A DNA stretch of 64,000 nucleotides from Salinivirgaceae bacterium (GCA_017474765.1 JAFVGW010000060.1:1427-65426), one strand, 5' to 3'. Shown: positions 37,185 to 46,571, counted from the first letter of the stretch. The notes: generated from the sequence alone by a model not told the origin. Program-made: numbers and translations.

Positions 37185-38579
37185 ATGTACAACTACAAAA
37201 TCAACTATCGTACAATGCTGGGTGACCTTCACACGCCTGTGAGCACCTATATGAAACTTCGCGACCTGTACTCGCAGAGCGCGCTGATGGAAAGTTCTGA
37301 TTATCACGGAAGTGAGAACAACCGCTCATTCATTGCCATTGGACCGATGGCAAGCGTGCAGGTGAGCCACGGCAAGGCCATTATGACCTTCCCCGACCAA
37401 AAGCGCACGGAGCACGAAATCGGCGGTCAGTATCGTGTGGATTCGGCTATAAATGAGTTCCTTAGCCAATTCAAAATTGAGGGCGACTACCGCCAATACT
37501 GCGGACTCTACGGCTACACCACGTTCAACGCCGTGCGCTATTTTGAGGGCATTGCCGTGAAGGACAGCACCGCCGACCGCAACGACGCGCCCGATATGTA
37601 TTATATTCTGTATAAGTACGTTATCGTGTTCAACGACTTCCGCCACGAGATGCTGCTCATTGAACTTCTGGCCGACGGCGAGGAGAGCCAACTCGACCGC
37701 ATTGAGTCGAAAATCAGCGGCGGGCACATTGCCGAGTACGATTTCAGCCGCGTGGGCGACACCACAAGCACGCTCACCGACGACGAGCACAAGGCCAATA
37801 TCCGCAAGGGTATCGCGCACTGCCTTCGCGGCGATGTGTTTCAGATTGTGCTTTCGCGACGCTTTGTGCAGAAGTTCAAAGGCGACGATTTCAAACTCTA
37901 TCGCGCCCTGCGCAGTATTAACCCGTCGCCCTACCTGTTCTATTTCGATTTCGGCGGGTACCGCATTCTGGGCTCGTCGCCCGAGACTCACTGCCGCATA
38001 AGCGACGGCCGCGCCTACATTGACCCCATTGCGGGAACCACCCGCCGCACGGGCAATCCGAAGGAGGATGAGGAACTGGCGTCGGCGCTGCTGGCCAACC
38101 CCAAGGAGAACGCCGAGCACGTGATGCTTGTCGACCTGGCCCGCAACGACCTGAGCCGCAACTGCTCGGGCGTGAAGGTCGATTTCTACAAGGAGACGCA
38201 GTACTACAGCCACGTTATCCACCTTGTGAGCCGCGTGAGCGGAACGCTGAAACCCGCCGCCGACCCCGTCCGCACGTTTATCGACACCTTCCCCGCAGGA
38301 ACGCTGAGCGGCGCGCCGAAAGTGCGTGCGATGCAGTTAATCAGCGAGATAGAGCCGCACAACCGCGGCGCTTACGGCGGCTGCATTGGCACAATCGGTC
38401 TCGACGGCTCGCTCAATCAGGCAATCACAATCCGCACCTTTGTGAGCCGCAACAACGAACTGTGGTTCCAAGCGGGCGGCGGCATTGTGGCCCAATCGTC
38501 GGAAGAAGGCGAACTGCAGGAAGTCAACAACAAGTTGGGCGCACTGAAAAAAGCCATTGAGATGGCGGAGAAACTGTAA
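37185..38579 (+). CDS. trpE: Anthranilate synthase component I
   Basis: A 464-aa protein with a chorismate-binding C-terminal domain (PAGTLSGAPKVRAMQLI, NRGAYGGCIG). Confidence 0.94.
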   Translation: MYNYKINYRTMLGDLHTPVSTYMKLRDLYSQSALMESSDYHGSENNRSFIAIGPMASVQVSHGKAIMTFPDQKRTEHEIGGQYRVDSAINEFLSQFKIEGDYRQYCGLYGYTTFNAVRYFEGIAVKDSTADRNDAPDMYYILYKYVIVFNDFRHEMLLIELLADGEESQLDRIESKISGGHIAEYDFSRVGDTTSTLTDDEHKANIRKGIAHCLRGDVFQIVLSRRFVQKFKGDDFKLYRALRSINPSPYLFYFDFGGYRILGSSPETHCRISDGRAYIDPIAGTTRRTGNPKEDEELASALLANPKENAEHVMLVDLARNDLSRNCSGVKVDFYKETQYYSHVIHLVSRVSGTLKPAADPVRTFIDTFPAGTLSGAPKVRAMQLISEIEPHNRGAYGGCIGTIGLDGSLNQAITIRTFVSRNNELWFQAGGGIVAQSSEEGELQEVNNKLGALKKAIEMAEKL

Positions 38580-38748
38580 GTTATAAGTGATAGTTAGGAA
38601 TTAGGATTTAGAAATTAGGATTGAAAAGAGAAAGTTTAGAAGTTAAGAAGTTGAGAATGGTTAGTTATCTAAACAGCGAAGCGACTCACCTTCTCAACAG
38701 CGAAGCGACTCACCTTTTAAACGATTCACCGATTCACCAATTAAACAA
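38580..38748 (+). repeat. Word-repeat spacer inside the trp operon: TTATAAG/TTAGGA block, GTTTAGAAG block, 2x AACAGCGAAGCGACTCACCTT, GATTCACC..ATTAAACAA block
   Basis: Direct 21-nt copies lie at 38672-38692 and 38696-38716. The pre-start block AAACGATTCACCGATTCACCAATTAAACAA ends 8 nt before the trpG ATG. Confidence 0.92.
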
Positions 38749-38756
38749 CAGAAAAT

Positions 38757-39320
38757 ATGAAAGTTACAATTATAGACAATTACGATTCGTTCACCTACAA
38801 CCTTTGCCAGATGATTGAGGAGGCGGGTGCCGATGTTACGGTTGTGCGAAACGACCAGTTTGAAATGAGCCAACTTGCTGATGCTGACAAGATTGTGCTG
38901 TCGCCAGGACCAGGCATTCCGTCGGAGGCGGGGCTGCTCACCGAAGTTATCAGAACCTACGCCGACAAAAAGCCGATTTTGGGCGTTTGCCTTGGCCACC
39001 AGGCAATTGGCGAGGTGTTCGGCTGCCAGTTGCGCAACCTGAGCAATGTTTTCCACGGCGTTCAGTCGCCCGTCGATATTGTTGCCGACGACTACCTTTT
39101 CAGCGGCCTGCCAAAGCAACTCATTGTTGGGCGTTATCATTCGTGGGTGATTGATAGTGAGGGCTTTGCGCCCGACCTTGTGATTACCGCCAAGAGCAAG
39201 GAAGGCAACATTATGGCCGTGCGCCACAAGGAGTTCGACGTTCACGGAATCCAGTTCCACCCCGAGTCGGTGCTCACACCAGGCGGGCGGAGAATTATCG
39301 AAAACTTTATAAACCATTAA
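38757..39320 (+). CDS. trpG: Anthranilate synthase component II (glutamine amidotransferase)
   Basis: It has the GATase-I catalytic motifs GVCLGHQAIG and GIQFHPES. Confidence 0.94.
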   Translation: MKVTIIDNYDSFTYNLCQMIEEAGADVTVVRNDQFEMSQLADADKIVLSPGPGIPSEAGLLTEVIRTYADKKPILGVCLGHQAIGEVFGCQLRNLSNVFHGVQSPVDIVADDYLFSGLPKQLIVGRYHSWVIDSEGFAPDLVITAKSKEGNIMAVRHKEFDVHGIQFHPESVLTPGGRRIIENFINH

Positions 39321-39333
39321 AAATCAACCGAAA

Positions 39334-40329
39334 ATGAAAGCGATATTAGAGAAATTGTTCAATCACGAGGTGCTGACCCGTGGCGAGGCTAAAGAGTTGT
39401 TAATCAACATATCACAAGAAAAATACAAGGACAGCCAGATTGCCGCCCTGCTCACCGTTTACCGAATGCGCGACATTACCGTCGACGAGATTGTGGGCTA
39501 CCGCGAGGCACTGATGCAGAGCCAGAACCCGTTGGATTTCAGCGCGTTCAAGCCTATCGACATTGTGGGAACGGGCGGCGACGGCAAAAACACGTTCAAC
39601 ATTTCAACCTGCTCGTGCTTTGTGGTTGCGGGTGCGGGCTACAAGGTGGCCAAACACGGCAACTACGGCGCAACGTCGGTCAGCGGAGCCAGCAATGTGA
39701 TTGAACTTCACGGAGTTAAGTTCACTTCCGACCACTCGCAACTCACGCGCTCAATTGAGGAGTGCGGAATGGCCTATATGCACGCGCCCTTCTTCACGCC
39801 AGCAATGATGGCCGTCGGACCAGTACGTAAAAGTCTGCAATTCAAGACGATATTCAACCTTTTGGGACCGCTCGTCAATCCGTGCCGCCCGCAAAACCAA
39901 CTTCTCGGCACCGCCGACTTGACTCAAATGCGTCTCTATACCAATGTATATCAGACACTTGATATTAACTACGGCGTGGTGAACAGCCTTGACGGCTACG
40001 ATGAGATTTCGCTCACGGGCGATTTCAAGGTGGCCACCAACTCAACCGAAAAAATCTATACACCAGAGAGTTACAACTTCAAGCGCGTGCAGATGAACGA
40101 AATTTTCGGTGGCCAGACCGCCGAGGAGGCAAAGGCCATTTTCGACAACGTGCTGATGGACAAAGCCACTGAGGCACAGAAGAATGTGGTGATTGCCAAC
40201 GCAGGATTCGCCATTCACATTATCAACCAGCAGAAGAGCGTTGAGGATTGTATGGCCGAGGCTCGCGAGTCGATTGAGAGCGGCCGCGCACTTGCTACGC
40301 TGAAGAAATTTGTCGAGTTAAATTCTTGA
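39334..40329 (+). CDS. trpD: Anthranilate phosphoribosyltransferase
   Basis: It has the GTGGDGKNTFNIST motif. 331 aa. Confidence 0.94.
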   Translation: MKAILEKLFNHEVLTRGEAKELLINISQEKYKDSQIAALLTVYRMRDITVDEIVGYREALMQSQNPLDFSAFKPIDIVGTGGDGKNTFNISTCSCFVVAGAGYKVAKHGNYGATSVSGASNVIELHGVKFTSDHSQLTRSIEECGMAYMHAPFFTPAMMAVGPVRKSLQFKTIFNLLGPLVNPCRPQNQLLGTADLTQMRLYTNVYQTLDINYGVVNSLDGYDEISLTGDFKVATNSTEKIYTPESYNFKRVQMNEIFGGQTAEEAKAIFDNVLMDKATEAQKNVVIANAGFAIHIINQQKSVEDCMAEARESIESGRALATLKKFVELNS

Positions 40330-40424
40330 AAAATAAACTAATTATCTCTAACCAAACGAACCCAAATAAAACCAAAAAATGAATTGGGGTTAGTTTGGAT
40401 AAGTTTGGTTAGAAATAAATTATA

Positions 40425-41228
40425 ATGGTGAAAATGAATATTCTCGATACAATCGTCGCCAACAAGCGCATTGAAGTTGAAGGCCTGAAACAGACGGTTG
40501 CAACCAGTGTTTGGGAGTCGGCCGAAGGGTTCGTACGTAAGTGCACTTCGCTGAAAAACAGCCTTTTGCAATCGCCCACAGGCATTATTGCGGAGTTCAA
40601 GCGCCGCTCACCGTCGAAGGGTGACATTAACGCCACGGCGGTGCCCGATGTGGTTGTGCCAGGCTACGCAAAGGCGGGGGCCAGCGGAGTGTCGATTCTG
40701 CAAGACGCAAAGTTCTTTGGCGGCGGCTCGCAGGATATGATTGCCGCCCGTCCGCTCACCGCTATTCCGCTGTTATACAAGGAGTTCGTGATTGACGAGT
40801 ACCAACTTTTGATGGCCAAAGGCTGCGGTGCCGACGCTGTGCTGCTCATTGCCGCCGTTCTGCCGCCCGACGCGTGCCGCCGCCTTGCGCGCGAGGCTCA
40901 CCGTTTGGGCCTTGAGACACTGCTCGAACTGCACTCGCCCGACGAAACCGACCGCATTGGTGCCGACATTGATATGGTGGGAATCAACAACCGCAACCTG
41001 AAAACCTTCGAGGTTGATATTGAGGCTTCTATCAGGCTCTGCCACAGCATTCCCGACGAGTTTGTGAAGGTGTCGGAGAGCGGACTTTCGCGCCCCGAAA
41101 CCGTTGTGGCGCTGCGCCGCGAGGGTTTCCGCGGATTCCTGATGGGCGAGAATTTTATGAAAACCGCCAATCCGCCGCAAGCGCTTGAGAATTTCATTCG
41201 CGAAGTGAAGAATTTTGAACACAGATAA
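40425..41228 (+). CDS. trpC: Indole-3-glycerol phosphate synthase
   Basis: It has the IAEFKRRSPSKG motif. An alternative start is the ATG at 40434 (MNILDT). Confidence 0.92.
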   Translation: MVKMNILDTIVANKRIEVEGLKQTVATSVWESAEGFVRKCTSLKNSLLQSPTGIIAEFKRRSPSKGDINATAVPDVVVPGYAKAGASGVSILQDAKFFGGGSQDMIAARPLTAIPLLYKEFVIDEYQLLMAKGCGADAVLLIAAVLPPDACRRLAREAHRLGLETLLELHSPDETDRIGADIDMVGINNRNLKTFEVDIEASIRLCHSIPDEFVKVSESGLSRPETVVALRREGFRGFLMGENFMKTANPPQALENFIREVKNFEHR

Positions 41229-41354
41229 CACTGATTTAAAATGATTTACGCAGATTTATCCGTTCAATTCACTTGTCCGCCTGCGGACATTCGTAAGCAA
41301 GAATTAGTTAAGTCTGTTTAATTCGGTGATAAATTTAATTCGTTGATAAGCAAT

Positions 41355-41984
41355 ATGTTGATAAAAGTCTGCGGAATGCGCGATTCGGCGAATATCGACT
41401 CAGTTCGCCGCCTGAGCCCCGATATGATTGGGCTGATTTTCTACGCCCGTTCGCCGAGGTTTGTGGGCACTGAGCCGCTGCCGCACCTGACCGCCAGTTT
41501 CGCACCCGCGCTCAAGGTGGGAGTGTTTGTAAATGAGACTGTTGCGGTCGTTGCCGACATTGCCGCGCGGTTCCGCTTGAACGCCGTGCAACTTCACGGC
41601 AACGAGAGCCCCGCCGAGTGCGCCGCCTTGCGTCAAGCGGGGTTGAAGGTTATCAAGGCGTTTGGCATTACGTCGGCTGCCGATTTTGCGCAATGCGCTT
41701 CATATTCAGACTGTTGCGACCTATTTTTGTTCGATACGCGCACGGCGGGCTATGGTGGCGCGGGAGTCAAGTTCGATTGGAACATTTTGGCTGAATACAA
41801 GCAAGATACGCCATTTCTGCTGAGCGGCGGAATCTCTGCCGACGATGCCGCCGACATTCGCTCAATCAGCCACCCGCAGTTGGCAGGTATCGACCTGAAC
41901 AGCCGATTCGAGACCGCACCAGCGCTGAAAGACGTTGAAAAACTGCGGAGGTTCATTGCTGATTTAACCACGGAAAACACTTAA
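41355..41984 (+). CDS. trpF: Phosphoribosylanthranilate isomerase
   Basis: It reads MLIKVCGM...QLHGNE. The ORF track starts at TTG 41343, so I prefer the ATG at 41355. Confidence 0.9.
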   Translation: MLIKVCGMRDSANIDSVRRLSPDMIGLIFYARSPRFVGTEPLPHLTASFAPALKVGVFVNETVAVVADIAARFRLNAVQLHGNESPAECAALRQAGLKVIKAFGITSAADFAQCASYSDCCDLFLFDTRTAGYGGAGVKFDWNILAEYKQDTPFLLSGGISADDAADIRSISHPQLAGIDLNSRFETAPALKDVEKLRRFIADLTTENT

Positions 41985-41990
41985 TAATCG

Positions 41991-42120
41991 CACAGATAAC
42001 ACAGATGACACAGATTTATGACATAAGACAATTGACAACAAATTTCGACTCAAATTCGTCCGTAGTCTGTAGTCTGATGTCCGAAGTCAAAAAACTAAAC
42101 TCTAAACACTAAACATTTAA
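41991..42120 (+). repeat. Word-repeat spacer inside the trp operon: CACAGAT block, GTCCGTAGTCTG block, CTAAAC block
   Basis: CACAGATAACACAGATGACACAGATTTATGACATAAGACAATTGACAAC lies at the 5' end. TTCGTCCGTAGTCTGTAGTCTGATGTCCGAAGTC lies at 42055-42088. AAAAAACTAAACTCTAAACACTAAAC precedes the trpA ATG. Confidence 0.9.
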
Positions 42121-42124
42121 CAAT

Positions 42125-42898
42125 ATGGACAGAATAGCAAAATTATTTTCGGAGAAGAAAAACAACATTTTATCGGTTTACTTCACTGCGGGATTCCCCA
42201 CAAAGGACAGCACCGCCGAAGTCATTCGCAGCCTGACCGCCGCGGGTGTTGATATGATTGAGATTGGCGTGCCATTCTCTGACCCGATGGCCGACGGCCC
42301 TGTGATTCAGCACAGCAGCCAGTGCGCGCTCAACAACGGAATGACGCAGACGCTGCTTTTCGAGCAGTTGAAAGACATTCGCAAAGTGACTGATATTCCG
42401 CTGATTATGATGGGTTACCTAAACACCGCAATGCAGTTCGGGTTCGAAAACTACTGCCGCAAGGCCGCCGAGGTTGGCGTTGACGGATTCATTATCCCCG
42501 ACATTCCGCTTGAGGAGTACGAGTCGCACTACAAGCCCATTGCCGAGCGCTACGGCCTGAAATTCGTGCTGCTCGTAACCCCCGAAACCGACGAGGAGCG
42601 CGTCCGCCGTATCGACGACATTAGCACGGGCTTCGTCTATCTTGTGTCGTCGGCTTCGACAACAGGCGCCCAAAAAAGTTTCAACGACGAGAAGCAGGCC
42701 TACTTCAAACGCATAGCCGCTATGGGCCTGAAAAACCGCACTTTGGTGGGCTTCGGCGTATCCAACAAAGCCACTTTCGACGCGGCCTGCCAATACTCGA
42801 GCGGCGCCATTGTGGGTAGCGCCTTCGTCAAGGCACTCGAGGCCGAGCCAACAGTTGACAAGGCTGTAGCACGGCTGATAGAAGACTTGAAAAGTTGA
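42125..42898 (+). CDS. trpA: Tryptophan synthase alpha chain
   Basis: It has IEIGVPFSDPMADGPVIQ and the C-terminal GAIVGSAFV motif. Confidence 0.94.
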   Translation: MDRIAKLFSEKKNNILSVYFTAGFPTKDSTAEVIRSLTAAGVDMIEIGVPFSDPMADGPVIQHSSQCALNNGMTQTLLFEQLKDIRKVTDIPLIMMGYLNTAMQFGFENYCRKAAEVGVDGFIIPDIPLEEYESHYKPIAERYGLKFVLLVTPETDEERVRRIDDISTGFVYLVSSASTTGAQKSFNDEKQAYFKRIAAMGLKNRTLVGFGVSNKATFDAACQYSSGAIVGSAFVKALEAEPTVDKAVARLIEDLKS

Positions 42899-43127
42899 TG
42901 AAAAGATGATTTGGCCAATCTGCGAATCCGATTATCTTTGGTACAAAATGCACAATCGATATGAAGAAACGGATATTATTCTTGCAGCCTTGCATTGCGC
43001 TGATGGCTTGCAATGGTGGCAGCGGCAAGTCGGGTGGGGCAGCGCAAGAATTGTGTAATGATTAACGGTAAACGATTAATATTGTTCTGATTAAATCGGA
43101 TAAAATCGGTTAGAGATAAAACGTTTA

Positions 43128-43157
43128 GAGGCGGAAATTTCCGCCCCTTCGTTTTTT
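43128..43157 (+). terminator. Intrinsic terminator ending the trp transcription unit
   Basis: GGCGGAAA/TTTCCGCC is a perfect 16-nt palindrome at 43130-43145, followed by CCTTCGTTTTTT. Confidence 0.7.
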
Positions 43158-43316
43158 ATGTGTTCCATGCCCTAACGGGCAGAAATTTTAATAAAATTAT
43201 TCAAAATCAATTAATTATAAATTTTGTTTAATTTTTAAATCAAATTTTCTTAAAATTACTCGCGTATGCGAAAACCGAATTAATGACTCGCAATTTTCTA
43301 GTGCCCAACACTAACT

Positions 43317-44993
43317 TTAATCTAACTCGCTGATTTTCTTTCTAATCCGTTCGCGCTCCGATTGCTTTGGAATCGATTTTCGCAAAGCCGTTTCCCAATA
43401 TTGTCGGGCAGTGGCTGCGTCGGATTGCGAGTAGTAGTAATCGCCCAGAATTTCGTAAGTGGCGAATAATCCAGGATTAAGTTGCTCAAATTCATTGAGT
43501 TTGGCATTGTCAATGGTTTGCGCTTGCGCGATGGCTGCGCGGAACTCATGAGTGAGCCGTTTGATGCGGAAAATGTCGTCAATCGGCACGGTTGTGTCGG
43601 CGGGGATAGATAGTTGTGAATCAGTGATTTCGCTGCTGAAACTAGCCTTGACGCTGAAGATTTTGGCCAAATCGTACGCCACATATTGCCCAGCCTGCCA
43701 CGGCGATGTTGAAACCCACATTATCAGTCGGTTAGCATCGAAAACCACCGAATGATGGCCTATGAACTGGTTCAGAGCAGCCTCGTTTGTCCATCCGATA
43801 ATGCTGTCGTTCAGTCCTTTATGGTCGCGTAAGATTGAAACAGCATCGGCAGCGTCAATCGGAAATTTGCGGTGCAGAAGTTGGCTGATGCGTTTCAGAC
43901 GGTAGGGGCTGTCCGAAGTGGAAATATTCTCAATGTTGCGCGGGTCGTCGGCAAAAGCATCTGACTGATAATGATTTGTGCTGATGATGAACGATGAGTC
44001 GGTGGTGAAAAGCGCGGTTATTTCGGGCGACTTTTCAATCACAGCGGCGCGGCCGTCGGAAGCCGAGCCAATCAGTATCGACTCCGAAACAAATGTTTTG
44101 TGGCGGTTGGCGATGGCAATGGCCTCGTCGATGGTTGAGGCGTATTGCAGAATCTCGCGGGTGAGAATGGAGATTGGCGTTGCCGACGAGGTTGGCATGG
44201 CCGATTTGGCGGCGTTGATGGTGACAGTGAGCCCAGTTTCGTTCATGCCCGACATCACTCCAATCATTCCTGGCCAACTGATTGACGCAAAGCGATATCC
44301 GTTGTCGGGAGAGCAGAACACAACCACGCGGTTGCGGGCAAAATCATCGCCAATGTAGAAATCGAAATTGCGGCCGACAATCAGGTTGCCGTTGGCGCTG
44401 CACGTGTCCCACGCGGCAAACGAACTGCACCCAACGAGCATGTAATCCTGCATGGCGTGGCCGATGTCGTGCGCCGAATGGTAGTTCATCTGCCGCTCAT
44501 ACGGCTCGCAAACAAAGTTGAAATCGTCTGAACATGAGAGCGATAGGCCGTAAATTTCCTCGCGGAACTCCTCGCCGATGTATTTGCCCAGCGAGTGGTT
44601 GAACATTAGCGTCAGATGGCGCAGAAATTTCAGGTACGATTCCGATGGTACAAATGACCGAATCTGGTCAACAAAAATCTGTTCCTGCTCATACAGAAGG
44701 TCTTGCGCCAGTTTGCCGTAAGCCTCGCCGCGTTCAAACGGGCTTCCGCCGATTTTCATCTCCCAAAGTCCGCTGCGGCCAAGTCGCAGAGTGTCAGCGC
44801 CATAAGTGCGGAGACTGTCGCCGATTTTTTCAATTTGCCTGTCAACAGGCTCAAAACCAACGGGTTTTTTGAAGTCGGCCGTCAGGTAGAGATAGACGAA
44901 TGCGATGAACGGAATGAGCGCAACCGCCAGAATCAGGCAGCCGATGATAAGGCCAATCTTGCCAATCCGTTTCAGTATTTTGCTCATTTCCAA
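43317..44993 (-). CDS. C45-family Ntn hydrolase / acyl-CoA:6-APA acyltransferase-like protein with N-terminal membrane anchor
   Basis: A 558-aa protein with one N-terminal transmembrane helix. The GCSSFAAWD...GRNFDFYIGD...SISWPGMIGVMSGMNETGLTVTINA pattern is typical of choloylglycine-hydrolase/C45 folds. Confidence 0.75.
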   Translation of the reverse strand: MEMSKILKRIGKIGLIIGCLILAVALIPFIAFVYLYLTADFKKPVGFEPVDRQIEKIGDSLRTYGADTLRLGRSGLWEMKIGGSPFERGEAYGKLAQDLLYEQEQIFVDQIRSFVPSESYLKFLRHLTLMFNHSLGKYIGEEFREEIYGLSLSCSDDFNFVCEPYERQMNYHSAHDIGHAMQDYMLVGCSSFAAWDTCSANGNLIVGRNFDFYIGDDFARNRVVVFCSPDNGYRFASISWPGMIGVMSGMNETGLTVTINAAKSAMPTSSATPISILTREILQYASTIDEAIAIANRHKTFVSESILIGSASDGRAAVIEKSPEITALFTTDSSFIISTNHYQSDAFADDPRNIENISTSDSPYRLKRISQLLHRKFPIDAADAVSILRDHKGLNDSIIGWTNEAALNQFIGHHSVVFDANRLIMWVSTSPWQAGQYVAYDLAKIFSVKASFSSEITDSQLSIPADTTVPIDDIFRIKRLTHEFRAAIAQAQTIDNAKLNEFEQLNPGLFATYEILGDYYYSQSDAATARQYWETALRKSIPKQSERERIRKKISELD

Positions 44994-45002
44994 ATAAATT
45001 CA

Positions 45003-45083
45003 ATTCTTCAACCATTCGGTTATTCAACCCTTCAATCCTTCAGTCCTTCAGTCCTTCAATCCTTCAGTTATTCAATCCATCAA
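45003..45083 (-). repeat. Word-repeat spacer (sense on minus strand): TGAAGGA/TTGAA block
   Basis: The minus strand reads GGATTGAATAACTGAAGGATTGAAGGACTGAAGGACTGAAGGATTGAAGGGTTGAATAACCGAATGGTTGAAGAATTGAA. It lies between the oxidoreductase stop and the C45 start. Confidence 0.9.
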
Positions 45084-46571
45084 CTATGCGTTCCCTACTT
45101 TTTTCGCCAAATACTCCTGACCCAAAAATTCGGAGCAAGTGATTATGGCCGTGAGAGTTACGCCCAATGCGCCGTGCACGTTCAGGTTCTGTCCAGTAAG
45201 GTAGAGATTGCCCAGTTTGGTGCGTGTTGAGACAAAGCCCACCTGCGGGCACTTGTAGTCTTTGATGATGCCGTAGGCCGAGCCTTCGGGCGTGGCCGTG
45301 TAGTCGCGGTAACTCAGCGGCGATGTGGTGTAAACCGATTCGATATATGGCTCAAAATCAATGCCGTGCTGACGGATGAAGTCGAGCACCTGCCGCGTTT
45401 TGGCTTCCTTGAACAGGCGGTAGCGCTCGCCACGGTGCTCGGGCTTGGTGTCGGCCCATTCGGCAACTTCTTCAAAATACATTGGCGTCAGAATGGTCAC
45501 CACGTCGGCCCACTCGCTGTCAGCGGTGTGCGCCTGCATCGAAATCATGCAGTTGGTGGTGTGGCCAGGGTAGTTCTGACGGTCGTACCAGACGCTGTTG
45601 TTGCCGTGCAGATAGACGTTGAAGTTGTTGTATTTCAGTGTTTTCGGCTTTACAACCAGATAGATTGAGAAGATGCCGTAAGTGTTTGGTAATGAATTGA
45701 TTCGCGTGATGTAGGCATTTTTGATGGCGCGGCTCTTGTCGAGCAGTTCCAGCGTACGCTGCGGGTGCACGTTCGAGATTATCCGCTTGGCGTCAAATTG
45801 CTCTGTGCCGTTCACAATCACTGCTTTGGCGCCCGTGTCGTCGGCCACAATGCGCGTTACTTCGGCGTTGTTGAGCACCGTGCCGCCGTTGGCGCGAATC
45901 ACCTTAATCAACTCGTGGCTCACCTGAATGGTTCCGTCGACAAATCGGTAGGCACTCTCGATGTATGAGTTGTTAATCATTGCGTGACCGTAAAATGTTG
46001 ACATATTGCGGATTCCGCCATATAGCAGCGCCGAGCCTGCCAGCACTTCCTGCAGGTCGCGATTGCCGATGGTCTCCTCGATGAGCCGCGCCGCCGATGT
46101 GCAGAAATATCGCATTCCCTCGGTGGCAATCACGCCCTGGCGCAGATTCTCAACGCTGATGAGGTTGCCCACTTCCTTGAGTTGGTTCACATAGCGCTTC
46201 AGGTTTTCGCGCTCGGCGGGAAACTGTCGCGCCAGCGTGTCAACAAACTGCTCGTGGCCCATTGCATAATTGTAAACCTTGCCGTGATAGTGAATCTGGT
46301 CGAAGGCTTCGGTGTCGAGTTTGCGAAGCCTCAGTTTGTCCATTATGCCCAAATACTTGAAATACTGATTCATAATCTGGCCGTCGTCGAGGCTGCCCAC
46401 ATAGTGGATGCCTGTGTCGAGCAGGTGGTTGCCGCGCTGATATGTCTGGAAGCAGCCGCCGAAGTTGCTGTTCTTCTCGAGCACGCACACGTTGAAGCCT
46501 TCCTTGCTCAGGATGGCGCCGCACTCAAGCCCGCCCAGTCCGCTGCCGATGATGATTATGTCGTATTCCAT
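45084..46571 (-). CDS. NAD(P)/FAD-dependent oxidoreductase, phytoene desaturase (CrtI)-like
   Basis: It has the N-terminal dinucleotide fold MEYDIIIIGSGLGGLECGAILSKEGFNVCVLEKN. 495 aa. Confidence 0.85.
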   Translation of the reverse strand: MEYDIIIIGSGLGGLECGAILSKEGFNVCVLEKNSNFGGCFQTYQRGNHLLDTGIHYVGSLDDGQIMNQYFKYLGIMDKLRLRKLDTEAFDQIHYHGKVYNYAMGHEQFVDTLARQFPAERENLKRYVNQLKEVGNLISVENLRQGVIATEGMRYFCTSAARLIEETIGNRDLQEVLAGSALLYGGIRNMSTFYGHAMINNSYIESAYRFVDGTIQVSHELIKVIRANGGTVLNNAEVTRIVADDTGAKAVIVNGTEQFDAKRIISNVHPQRTLELLDKSRAIKNAYITRINSLPNTYGIFSIYLVVKPKTLKYNNFNVYLHGNNSVWYDRQNYPGHTTNCMISMQAHTADSEWADVVTILTPMYFEEVAEWADTKPEHRGERYRLFKEAKTRQVLDFIRQHGIDFEPYIESVYTTSPLSYRDYTATPEGSAYGIIKDYKCPQVGFVSTRTKLGNLYLTGQNLNVHGALGVTLTAIITCSEFLGQEYLAKKVGNA

